In this document: piece after piece, positions 25,676-38,200 of the stretch | How the letters are laid out: each line of letters opens with the position of its first letter | Numbering within the stretch: position 1 is the stretch's first letter | Assembly (NCBI GenBank): GCA_001949185.1 | Contig: BDGG01000005.1 | Span: 2,581,972 to 2,645,971 of the forward strand | From: Ramazzottius varieornatus | Lineage: Eukaryota; Animalia; Tardigrada | Reading direction: 5' to 3' | Length of the DNA: 64,000 nt | Translations under genes and position numbers: made by a program | The notes under the pieces: model-generated | The model's input: only the letters and a program-made list of their open reading frames with translations | What the model was told of the DNA's origin: nothing | Databases searched by the model: none

Positions 25676-28213
25676 ATGACGCGGAGTAAGTGGGACTTTC
25701 TCTGCCTGTTTTTGCCATACAAACTCTATGCACAGTCGTTTCTAGTAACGTTGGATCTCTTGCGGAAGCGGAGTGAGCACAATGAAGGCCTTATCCACAA
25801 TCTCGAGGAGCTCTCGCTGCACCAGGACAGTCTGGAAGAGTAGGTGGATAACCGTGGATTATCTTTTTGGAAAATTAATCACTGTTTATGCCGTTTGCAA
25901 AAGACACATTGGTTGGTTGATTTTTGTTTGAGTCGCCTGTGGGAATACGATATCGTGCAGTGGGTAATTCCCATGTTTGTCCTAGTATATACTCGGACTC
26001 TATTTTACGATATTGCTGTCTATTTTAGGATAGAAAATCTGGATAGATGGTGTAGAGAGCTGAAAATCCTCTACCTTCAGGGGAATTCTATTCAAAAAAT
26101 AGGTGAGGAAGCCAGTTCACGTCGCCTGAAGGTTTTTTGTGCCTGCGTTTATTTACGACTGACTAACCTGAGCGTACTTTACTGTAGAAAACCTGAACCG
26201 GTTGAAAAACCTTGAGTATCTAAACCTAGCGCTAAACAGCATTGAACGGATAAATCACCTGGAAGGATGCGAGTCGCTGAAAAAGCTGGACCTGACGGCG
26301 AATTTCATCGGCGACCTCACCTCAGTGGAGAACCTTCGTCATAATTGCTACCTCGAAGAACTGTATGACTCCAACCAAACGATTATCTTGTTTTTTTATG
26401 GCTGTTATCAAAGAATCGTATCTAGGTATCTGACGGGTAACCCATGTGCTGAATACGGTGGATATAGGATGTACGTTGTCGGAGCCCTTCCCCAACTCAA
26501 GGTACAAAATGAACAGTCACACCTCTATCTAGTTTTTAGAACGCCAGCTATGACAGGAAAACTGCTCGTCATTTGTTTTCCATCCTGAAACTGTAAACTA
26601 ACTCGACGAGGCTGTTTTCAAGTGACTCACTTTTCAGCCAGTTACACGGATAATGTGCGCCACTTCGGAACTTGGCAAGATTTTTTTCCAAGTGGCGCAC
26701 GCTCTCGCTGTTCGTGCTTGAAAGTGTGCGCCACTTGAAAAACTGATGTTGCCGTGTTTGATCGTCGAGCTCTCAGTTGTATGACAAAACGAACGCCGAT
26801 GTTTCTTTTTGTTTCTGTCTGGACAGAAACGTCAGACTAACAAAGTGTTTCTGTGACGTTATCTGTAGGTTCTAGACGGTCAAGAAGTCACGCGAACCGA
26901 GCAGTTGGCAGCCTTACATAACTTCCCGAATATAAAGGCACGAATCATCACGCATCAAAACGAGTACAACGGAAGAAGAGTACGTACAATGTCTCTCCAC
27001 ACCGTTTCGTCGCCATCTTCTCAGTACTCTCCGTTGAAAGGAAGCAGAACGGCAGAAGAATCTGGTTAAAATGGCGCAGTGCTCGGGGGATGATCCTGAA
27101 AGCTGGGAAGACTTGACGTGGTCGCCTGAATACCGTCTACTGATGAACCGACAACGCGACAAAGAGCGTGATGTCAGAAAGGACCAAAATAAGTTCGTGT
27201 TACTGTTCTTGTTATCCCCTCTCATTCTTTTTAGTTCGTTGTGGCCGCTGTACAAAAGTCTGCTTCACATATCTTTCGTTCTTAACCTACGTTTGTTTTG
27301 TGGTGATACTATTTTAGGTCTCACGAAAAGTCTAGTTCAAGTTCAAGCGAAGCAAACACTACAAGCAAAGTTTTACCGTTATGCAACGCTTCGGGACAAG
27401 TCATGAATGTCAACCAAGCGAGGTAACATTTTGTAGCTTCTCTTTTTTCTACCCCTGTACATACTGTTGCATCACTCGGTCGTTTCTTTTCGTGGTTTAA
27501 TTTCTCTCCTTGTAAAGAAAAAATCTTTACAAATTATATGTTCTGCCAGACTAGAGTTCGCCTTGCGCGAGGACGAAAGCGAGGATAAGGTGACGCTGGA
27601 TGTTGCGGTCTTTCGGTGAGGAACGTGAGTCGGAAAGGGCCTGCTAGCTAAAACGTTTTTTTGAACGGAGTTTTTTTCTGGGTAGGCATTTGGATACGTC
27701 ACTGATTGATGTGGACGTTCATCCAACCTTTGTTATTGTGGAAGTTAAAGGAAAGCTTCTGCAGCTGAGACTGTCGCATGAGGTCCTTCCTCACGCTAGT
27801 ATTGTCCAGCGTTCTCGGACCACGGGGAAGCTCCTGATCTCCATGCCACTGGTAATGGAATAAGCCTTCGTTTGAAGGCTCCGGCATTGGTGGACTGCTC
27901 ACCGAAAAGTATGTCATTTTTCTTACAGGCGGAACCAGCATCAAAGCCTTCGAGGTGGACAGAAACCCAGTCTAGGAAACAGCAAGCTAAGGAACGGGCA
28001 GGGAACGCCGGGAAGACACCACCACCAGTCAAAGCTACTAGGGAGACTCTAGAAGTAGATCCTGCTGCGAAGACCAGGACCAGTTTAAGGTTCGTCGGGA
28101 AAGAAAATACCGGAAGATTGGTAGAAGGTTCCCGATCCGTAAAAGAGCCGAAGGCGGGCAGGTCGAACTCTCCGGGCTTTTTGGACGACCCTGGTGTTCC
28201 CGGTTTGCTTTGA
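25676..28213 (+). CDS. DNAAF11: Dynein axonemal assembly factor 11 / LRRC6 / tilB orthologue
   Basis: Spliced translation [109 protein letters not shown], then a CS-like domain ([41 protein letters not shown]) and C-terminal [15 protein letters not shown] at 28432. Confidence 0.95.
26600..26772. repeat. Intronic palindromic element (GTGGCGCAC family), 2 units, LRRC6 intron
   Basis: Arms at 26620/26655 (spacer 24) and 26690/26726 (spacer 25); outer ACTCGAC...GTCGAGCT. Confidence 0.9.
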
Positions 28214-28859
28214 GCTTCGGAACGTTTCCCCATTGTTCCACGAGATGGAGCCGCATTTACGCTGAGCTTTGGTTTGACAGTTTGTCGAACTGTTCCGGCA
28301 TCATTCGCACTCCAGTCTGCGGAGGGCCACCTGTCGCGGGTAGAGCTGTTGGACTTTGGATCTCTCGCAAATTTATAGTCTATCAATGGGTCGTCGGGAA
28401 TGAGTGTTCCGCACTCTTCATAACCAATACCAATAAAGTGATCTATACAATTGATAAACACTAATTTACGTATATGTTTGAGGAAGAGCGTAGAGTGAAT
28501 TTTACACTCGGAGTCCGCGCAGGTTCAGTGGACGCACCTTGTTGCGATAATCGGATCGCGCCGAGCTTCTGTCCATTGTTGTTTCTGGGCAATAAATTAG
28601 TGTATCGAACGATGCCGAAACACGTAACAGCAGACCCGGTTATGGGAGATAAACTTTAAACACTTCCAGCAGGCCGGCGCCGAGGCATATCCGGCCGCAG
28701 GATAGGATTATGGATTGCCACTGTAGGCAATTGCTGCTCGTAAGCGGAAGTGCTGCGGCAAGACGCTTGGTCAGACCTGAGTCATCTGGTGTTAGTCGTA
28801 ACCCAGGTTGCGTCAACCCAATCAGAATGGAGTATCAAACTATTTATGCGGGCGACTGG

Positions 28860-29000
28860 TTGTCTCGTGGAAGGAGGTGGGCCATGTTCCGCCCATAACG
28901 AATGTTCATTTTCCGTTTAATCACGTGATCGACGCATAACATAAACAGCCGTTTGACAGATGGACTTGCTACAGTTGTTTCCGCTGCGATAGTTGACTGA
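28860..29000 (-). mobile_element. Possible decayed piggyBac cysteine-rich C-terminal fragment
   Basis: KRLFMLCVDHVIKRKMNIRYGRNMAHL resembles a degenerate piggyBac CRD (C-x2-C..RK..C-x2-C..L); several Cys are lost. Confidence 0.25.
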
Positions 29001-29298
29001 TCTTCCTTTCTGCAGTATCTTAATAAATTTGTGGATACATAATTCATGGATGTCTGTTACTTCGAAAGCAGAGGAGATGAAAGAAGGGCTGTCGACAAAC
29101 AGCTACAGGATCGAGAAGACGGCTGTTGAGTGAGTAGCGAATTTCGTCAGTAAATTGGGATGAAATTGTATTCAGCCTCAAAGGAATCACAATCTGGCTG
29201 CTGTCTGGCTGGGATCGTCGATGACCAAGGGCATTTGCAGCTCCGGGCAGTCGTCTGGAATTTAGTCAACGTTGTGGAGAGCGGAAGGATCGAAAGAT

Positions 29299-32200
29299 AT
29301 GCAGCATTTGTCAGATGAGCAGCGCAAACTGATGGAGTGGACCAAAGAGCAACCGATCTCCGTCTATCAGCTGGATCCTGCTGATCGTGTTGTCCTCAAG
29401 ATTGCCGGTGAGTAAGGCTCATACCTTTAACTGATTTCAAAAATTGTTAGCCAACCTGGAAGATAAACCTTGAATTTTTCGTGAATTTTCTAAGGACTCA
29501 GCCTGGGAAAGCCTCGTTTGTTTGTATATGGTGGATTGGAATGTGTTGATTGTCTAGAGGTTGTTTGAACAGTTGGCGGCATACTGGCAGCCGCTGACCA
29601 CAATACTGCAAAGATTATTTGCACGGGGGGTTGCAGGTTGTCACGTTTTGATTTGGCTGATGGACTTTGTACCCTGGACTTCTGTTTGATGCTGTAGACA
29701 GTGCGTGACGTCACTGCGATCACTATGTGTATCCTTCTTCATCTAAGGTTTTGCTTCGTCAGCGCATCCTGACTTCTTGGAGTGTATTACAGCACATGTG
29801 TCACTTGTCCCTCATGTATATGATTCAGATGTATTTTCTAGTGTGTTTTAGATGCAAATGCATCGAAGAATATCAAGCGTCTTCAAGACAGGCAGTTGTA
29901 TGGCTGGATTGATGGTCGATTGATTGAAACTTGGTACGAGTTTTCGGTCACCGAAGCTTCGCCGGCGACGTCTTAGGTTACGTGGAGCGTCTCCCGGCGC
30001 TTCCGGCGGAGGAAAAGTGGAGCACCGACGGGTCATCAGCACTGGCCAGAAAGATGCAGCGTATCATGAGCAGATCATGCCCTAAAAATAGCTGACTTGA
30101 TGTTGTTGTAATTTGTTCGTAGGCATCGCTTGTAAGTCTTCGTGCTCCGCTTCTCGAGACAAACTTTGCAGCTGGGGAGTATGTTCAGTTGGCGAAGACT
30201 GAAATTAAGTTTAGAATAGCAGCAAGGTTGATTGGAGCCATTCAGATATTTGTTTGCTCAGTGTTCGCTAAACTGTTTGTTCTAGGCGAAGTAGGACTCT
30301 TCCGAGTTTTTCGACTGACTTAACTGGGTCTTAGAAAGCTGGGCCTGAGAGAGACTGTCGCTTGAACTTTCCAGCTGTTTCTCGTCAGAGGTTCTTCTTG
30401 CCTCGAAATCTACAGCTTTAGTACCAGGCGATCTGGTTCGACAATAGATCTATGCGTCAGAGTCTTTCACGCTGATTACGTCTGGTAACATTCGCATTGT
30501 CGAGTCTCGTACTGCAAACAAAGCGTAGTATACGTAGCATGGATGGAATTTTGCGATGGGTACTGTGCGTCTGTAGTTCCGTAGTCGAAGAGGCGAGGAG
30601 AGCTGCCTTCGTGAGGTCTTGTTCAGGTTTATCGCAGAACTCGTAGGCGCCTCAGACTAATTTTACACCTTGTTATAAGATAGGGAATAATACCAGTCAA
30701 TTGTACTGCGTCAAATGGGAGGTCTGGAAGCCGCTTCTGCAATCTCGGAGGTGTCGAAGCAGCTTTATTAGTTCGCCTGGATGGGACGTATTTTGCACGA
30801 TAGCCTTGTCACGAGGCCGTGGGTCGTAAACTAGGAAGTTGATTAGCGAACTTGACAACCAACGAGGGAAACGGTTCAAGCTAGGCTTTAGGCCTGTTAC
30901 CTCGAGCAATTAGGATACGGAAGGCAATACCACGTGCGGTTCCACGGCTGAGCGGCGGACTTTTCCATGCTGTAATGACAGTGTCATGTTGTTTTGTCTG
31001 GAATAAATATTTATATCGATGCCTGAAGGATGATTAGGAATCTTCGAACTGGGGTCGTGTGATTATGGCTCCACCGCCGAGAACGATCGCGAGAATCCAA
31101 ACGTTCAAAGCTGAAGGGGACTTGGTTTCGAGGCATGGAGTCGATCTGCGAGGTAACAGAATTTGCGGCTGACCGGTTCCAAGATTTTTTAGGACCAGCA
31201 GGCAGCAGCTGGTTCTCGAAGCTTGTCGAAAGTTCACCCGAGCTTGATCTTGGAGAGTTGCGGTACTCATTGGGACCACTTGAAATTTTGACAAGCTGTC
31301 TTTCAGCCATCAGATTAGCACCGCTTTCCATGCTAAACTAAATAGGCGGTTCACTGCATTTTTTGCTTCAACCTCCTCTTCAACAAAAAATGACCAAGCG
31401 TCTATCTTTACGCTACTCGCAGTTTTACACACTCCTAACGCAGTCGAGAACTGTCCAGCCTTGAACATTACGGTCTACTTCAACTTGAAGATTTTCGACC
31501 GGAGAAGATCTCTTAGCATACTCGAGCACAACCACAAAATTAAACTATGGCTGAAATATTTTGAAGCTATGAAATACAATATAACGATTGGCTCTCATCG
31601 TTAGTATTACTGTATCATCTTATGAACCCGACACCGCGTCCATCTCTTGGGTTTTTGTGTAAACAGTGTGACCGCTGAAGGCTGTACGGTAAACGTTGCC
31701 GGAGAGAGATGGTGCCTCCTAGACATGGAAGACAAGTCTGAAACCTACTCGATTCGTGACGATACTCGTACCGCATTAATGTTGGCCGTTACGAGAGGCG
31801 GTTCAACATGCTTTCATGGCCATTTGTTTTCTAAATAGCCACTGTCTTTCTTTACCTACCGTTAACGTATGCTGGGTAGCTTCGACGTCGCCCTGTCATC
31901 ATGCATTAAGTGAAACCATTACAGTGGGTTGTTTCTCCTCCGTGCGAGTGCTGCTGATACGTGGAATCAAGTGTTGTTCATCATCATCATAGGTGGAATT
32001 AGTGAGCAGCAGTCTTTAAACTTTCTTCTATACAGTACAGTAGCATTTATTATTGAGTCGGAACTCGAAACCACAATCTGACCTGCTGATTCGATAAGAG
32101 ACTCTTTTGCGCGTGGTACTTTGAGACTCTGGTGCGGAGAACCCCCAGCCGGATATATCATTGGTTTGACTTATGTTGAACATCTGCTTTAGGATGAGAT

Positions 32201-35200
32201 TATCGTTTTGCCGTTTGTGACGAACGAAAATGGTGGATACGAGAATGTGTGTTTGGTTTTGAACACCGAGATTATTTTGCGTTGAGGGGAGGGACTTCTC
32301 ATCCTTGAAACACCATGATTGAACTATATTTCGTTCACAAAGGTAAGTTGGGTGCTCCGCGAGCAATTTCTTCCCAAGTGGCGCACATCTTCGGCGATAT
32401 CGGCTGGGAGGGTGCGTCACTCGAGAAAAGAGTCTAGTCGAACGAGTCTCACTCGGTCGATTGTTTGTTCCTCGGTAGGTGGCAGAAGTTTGTGGGTTGT
32501 GGCGCTTGCGTCTCGTTGACAAGGTTCGCGGCGACTTGGTCAGCAGCTTCTTGTTTTGTCTGACATAATTGCCCTACAAGCAGAAGCATGTTGGCGCAAA
32601 TTGGCCCTCAAGATCGGTGTTTTGTCGCCAAAAGTAGGTTCGACTAAACCGAAATGCAGCCTTGTTCGCTGCCGCTGCCTCGAGACGAACAAGTTGGCAG
32701 GAATGCGGATAGCGATGAGACCCTATAGAATAAGAATTCCTGCCGAGTTATTTGTGTCGACGCGCATCAGTGGTCGAGAACCCTCGTTTGACACATATTC
32801 ACCGTAGAAGACTAGAAGTGCCGAGTTCGAACTTGTGAAAAGTCTAGAGGGTAATAAGACAAAGTATTTTGTGTGGTGCTCTGATTGATGAGTATCTTGA
32901 TGAGGTACGCGGTGCGTTAATGGGTTGAGTAGAAGGGTGGGTGGATGGACAGACGGAGAGACAAGGCGCGTGCTTGATGAACGAGCTCCCAATTAAGCTC
33001 TTGAGATGCACCTACTTAGTCTAAAGTATCCTCACAACTGATAGGTTCCGCACGAGCAGAACCGATGGGAGTTTTGCAGTGGGCTGACCACTAATGTCCG
33101 TCTTACTCGAGTGGAAGACCTTCTTCAGGCATACTAACCAAGTTCTGGGTGGTCGACGTTCAAGTTTTTGGTGGGATAAGTACTGTATAATCTTGCTGAA
33201 GTGAGGGTTTGCCATTCTGAGTCGGGGTTTTATGGGGCGACAGGAAATTCCCTCAGTTGGATTTCTGCCAGTGGGCCAAGAGATGGGCGATGGAAAAAGG
33301 TTTATGGGAGCACTTTGCAAAAGTTGCATCAACTGGCCAACCGCAAAGTTGATTTGTCTGTTTATTTAGTTGCAATATCGGAGCATTCTTGGCAGTGAAC
33401 GAAAGAAATATTGAAATTTAACGATTCGAGTGTTGATTAAACAATGCACTTGATGGTTTTCATCGTCTTTGCAGTGCGACGATCTGTCGAACCATCTGTT
33501 GTGTTTTGCTGATTCGCGTGTTTACTGTATTTTCGAGTGCGCATCGACTTCTCTTTTTGCGGCGAACCTTCCGCCAAATCCACCATCGTACTGACAAGCA
33601 CATCACCTGTTACTTTGCGAGTCGCTCATGTAGTCTAAATGTTGGCTGGTTGAAAGGTTCATTAAACCGTGGTTCCTTCGCACACCGCGGAGTAAAAAAC
33701 ATAAGATCTTTCGTATAACAGCGATTTTGGCGAAGCGATGGTGCGCTAGCGTGGGCGTTCGAGTTTACGGTCTTTTTAGTCAGGGTCTTCGTCGTGTAAT
33801 CAGCAGGTCTTGAATTTATACAAACCAACGCAGTCCACTGAAATGTCAGATCGACCACACCCGTCACACGTGTAGTACACCACAGGTGCTTCACCTGCGG
33901 TCATGTTAGAGTGGAAAGAAAGTTTCAGTTCTAATTTCTAAAATTGACTGGATGTGTGAGAAAATTTACACCTTTCTTTCCTGCTGGGAGACAAGTTTCT
34001 CTTTTCAATGTCCGTTGTAGAAAGTTGCAGCTTTCAAATCATAATAGCTACTAGCCAATGCTCACCCATCGACATGCAGTTCAAATAAACTTCTCGAAAG
34101 GTTTCGTGGTTGAAGAGCGCTCTGAAGAAAAGAAGACTTTCCGGTACGTAGCTGAGCCTCTATCTTGTGAAGTGCATAACGGCATAGCGCCGCTCTTGCA
34201 TCTCTCAAGCTGGGAGCTTATCTGGCGGCGTACGAGTTTTACTGCAGCGTCGAAAGATTGCTCCGCAATCAATTTTCATCGTCGTCGGTGATTTGTACCG
34301 TTGTACGCACGGAGAGATTGCAATTGGAGAAGAGCGGTTATGTGAATTTTGTTGTATACACGGTCGAGCAGGCCGATTCCTCTGCCGTTACCTTACTTAG
34401 CTGCGCAGTGCACGCACGAACGTGTGCCCAAGATTACCGATCCTACTGACTGTTGCGAACTCTCGCTCCGTCTTCTCATTCCTGATTCCGCTAAAACGGA
34501 ACTGCGTGGGAAATGATTAGTTTTGATTTCGTTGATGATGCGCCAGTAGAGCGGGGTGGCACTATTCGTGGTGCTATTGTGCTATTGTTGATTTTGGGGG
34601 TTGGGCTGATTGCATTTTTTGGATGATTGATTGACGTGTGGCCTCGATCTTGACATTGTCTCAAACTCTCCTCACGCCAGCGCGTATGTTGTTGTGGATG
34701 GGTTTCTAAGCTGAGTCTTCCGCTGATGTTGGGCTGTAATTGAAAGTGGTGGTGAATCTTGGGGATTGTGCTTTTCGGAGTGTGACGGAGAGATGGGTTC
34801 AATGGGGCAGCAGGAGTGGTACGAGGAGAATTTTGAACGATCGAAAGGTGTGAAGGAAGATTTGTCTAACTTTATCAGACCGCAGAATGGCGGAAAGTAG
34901 TGTTGCATGTGGATATGCTTGACAAACCAAAACGGAATTAGACCAGCAGTTTTGACGAGTTATACTGCTTTGGTTAGCGAAACATGTGGTCAAGGAACAA
35001 GCTAGAGTATTCGCAAGTGAGATGAAATTATTCCGCTGCTGCTTTGGCGGAATATTGGTCTACAGCGGGAAGTTTGATGGCTTCCTTGTTTCGGACGTTG
35101 ATGTCTTATCGGACTGGCAGTTACAGTATTCCTGCTCCTCAAACCCTCCTTTTGTGTTTCGCAGATGAGCGGGATGCGATCCAGAAGAAGACGTTCACGA

Positions 35201-38200
35201 AATGGGTTAACAAACACTTGAAGAAGGTAAGGTACTTTTGTGAGTATCCCATTGAGAAATCGATGGACTTTGTGCGCGCCGGCCATCATTAAAATGTCGT
35301 CTGCTGTTTTCTTTGCTTTGCCGGCTCTTCTCTTTTGTTAAACATGTTAGAACTGGGTGTTTGAACTGTCTGTCCGTCGAGTACAATCCTGTCTACCTGA
35401 GAACAACAGGAAAACAACTGACGCGGAAGGGGAAAATTCAGCGAGATGGAAAACAGTTGTTTCATGATTTTTGATCTGTTTGTCGGTTTGGTATTTTGCA
35501 GCACTGGAGATTCATTCAGGTAAAGTTGAAGTGTGCGAAGTGGATTTGGATTTGATTAGTTTTCATTTCCTTATTTTCTCTTTTTTGCACGAAAAGAGGG
35601 TAGGTCGAAAGGCAGCGTTTAACCCTGTCTGTGACGGAGAAACCGGTTGGATGGTGGCCAATGTCCGTTTACATAACACCCTTGTAAATAATGTCTCGTG
35701 GGCGAATATTGGTTTTGTGCCTTGCAAGTTCACGAGGTGGAGCATGCTGAGTACGAAACGTTCTCGTATAGATTCAGATTCACTCACTTTGACGACACAC
35801 AAACTCCTTCCCCAGCATGTGCTTTCCAGTCAAGTTTACATTCGGTCTGCACATGTTACCCTGTTTGTCTACCCCCCAACCAGTCATAACACAAAATTGA
35901 AACCCTCCTGAATTCTTCAGCTGCATGTGTTTCTAGTAAACGAAAAGTCATGCGGAAGGAAACCGCAAGAAATCCCGTCAGAATGCATTGAAACTGTAAC
36001 TTCCTTGTTCGCTCCTCGCTTCTCTCGCATTGCATGACGCAATCTATCAATCGGGACTCGGCAAACCAACTCGAACAGATCGTTTCTCCAAGTGGCGCAC
36101 GCCTCTGGCCAATAACATCGAAAATGTGCGCGACTTGTGAAGACGATCTGGTCCAGTTGGTTTTGCCGAGCTCCCAATTGGTTGATATTACTTGGCTTGA
36201 TTGCTTGATTGCTTGATTGCTGGTGGGTGGTGTTGGCTTTCGTCCGGTTGATTGATTTGATGGATTGGTGGTTCTTGACTGAGTGCATGTTATCGCTGCT
36301 TGGCGGTTTTCACCTTTGTTTGCTTGCTTGTCTCTTCAAATCTGCCGCTTTTTGAAGTTCAGGGTCGTTTATGGTCGTTTACGATGAATGAAAACGTTTA
36401 GCTTTGATAATGCTTGTCTAATTCCAGGCCGGTCGCACTGTTCAGGATCTGTTTCAAGATCTGCAAGATGGCAGTAATCTACTGTCGTTGCTGGAAGTAC
36501 TCACCGGCGAACTACTGGTAAGTGTAAAGTGCATTGTACCAGAAGAAATAAGAGAAGGCGAAAAGATTAATGGCTGTGTCGTCTTCGAGGCGCGACCTGC
36601 TGAGTCGCCGATAGCGGAATACTAAAATGGAAATTATGGAACGGCCATAAAATTTTTATCGGTTGAAGTACTTGAGAAATCAGTGAAGAAATTTTATGGG
36701 ATCTCTTTGTAGGCCAGAGAACGAGGACGGATGCGCTTCCATAAAGTCCAAAACTGCAATGCGGCGTTGCAGTTTCTCAAATACCGAAAGGTTTGTGCTG
36801 ATGCATGAACCTGACTGGTTGGAAAGTGATGACTTGCGGACAATATCGTAGAAAAAAACGCAATCCCGACACGTGGAAAAATTGAAAACGTCAAGTTACA
36901 AAAAAAATTTAATTACCGACGACCATGATATTTTGTTTTACAGTCATGCTTTCACCGTGAAGTTTTACAGCATCAAAACGCTAGCTGATAGGTGGCTTAG
37001 ACGGCATCAAACTACCTTTCAGACGTAGCATCCATGCAGAAACAGATCGCGCTTTCGTGGTCTGACATTCAGTTTGCCTTGTGTTGTTGCAGATCAAAGT
37101 CGTGAATATACGACCTGAAGATATCGTCGACGGGAACCCAAAGCTAACGCTTGGATTAATATGGACCATAATTCTACATTTCCAGGTAAGTCACATGACA
37201 CTCAGTCCATAGGTCCGTGCAATTGGTCGAAGAACAAACAATGCTAGGGACGAGACTCACTGAAGTGGCGCACTTTGGGTTCCACGATAGGTGGCGCTTC
37301 AGGTGCTGGTTTTTTATCCGGAAGCACTTTTTTTGAACGATTAGCAAATACGGTCAAGCCGTTTGTTTGACAAAAAGACACACAATAGGCAAAACGAGTA
37401 AAGTATAGTTTTGTATGCTGGAATGAGTGACCTGTTTTGCTTCTTCCGCGAGATGAACCGCCTCATCGCACGTTCGATCGTTGTGGCCGCCCTCGCCTAA
37501 TTGTGCCTTCTTTGCATATGGTCGCCATGTCTTGAACGACACTTCGCACATCCTCGAGCCACCTCGGCCTACATATCGTCAAGCAGGTTGCGAGCTGTGG
37601 GTGGACGCCAAGTAACTTAGAACGGTGTTCTGATGAGTAAGCGAAGACTTCGAGTGGGTATATATACTCTTCTTGACTTGTTTTCGTCGTCGAGGCAGTG
37701 AATGAATGCTCAGGTTAAAGTGAGAAAGACCCCAGGATGATTGAGCGTTGCACCGGTGTTATCACGGTTATCAACTTTCGAGGAGGAGGCGTACAAATAT
37801 TCGTCGAAATGAAATGGGGGTGGCAAAACCCTTTTTTGGGGGTTCGGTTCACAAAAAGCGTGGACCGGCGAAACATGTGCGAACATTAGCAGCTTCCGGT
37901 TCTCTCAAAGAGCGACTAGTGCAAATTCGTCGCTTCCACTGCTGCTGGAAGATTCCAGAGCTGAATCAGATGGGAGTCTGTACCCATCTATTCTTGAATG
38001 GTGAGTCGAAACGACTTTGAGGAAGCAAACTTGAAATGTGAATTTGGATCGCGGATTTACGTTTGCCAGTTGGGACAGATGAATGTTGCGGAGCTCTGGC
38101 AGCGGAAGCAGGGGACTTACACTGAGCTACGCAACAGGTCGATGAGCGTCAGTGGGATTCGCAGTTGCGCGTGGCTGGGAGAGTTTTAGCTTGCGCTGAG

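Noticed and set aside
30697-31341. Nested antisense gene in shot intron 1
   Set aside because: Short ORFs with no motifs or coherent splice pattern.
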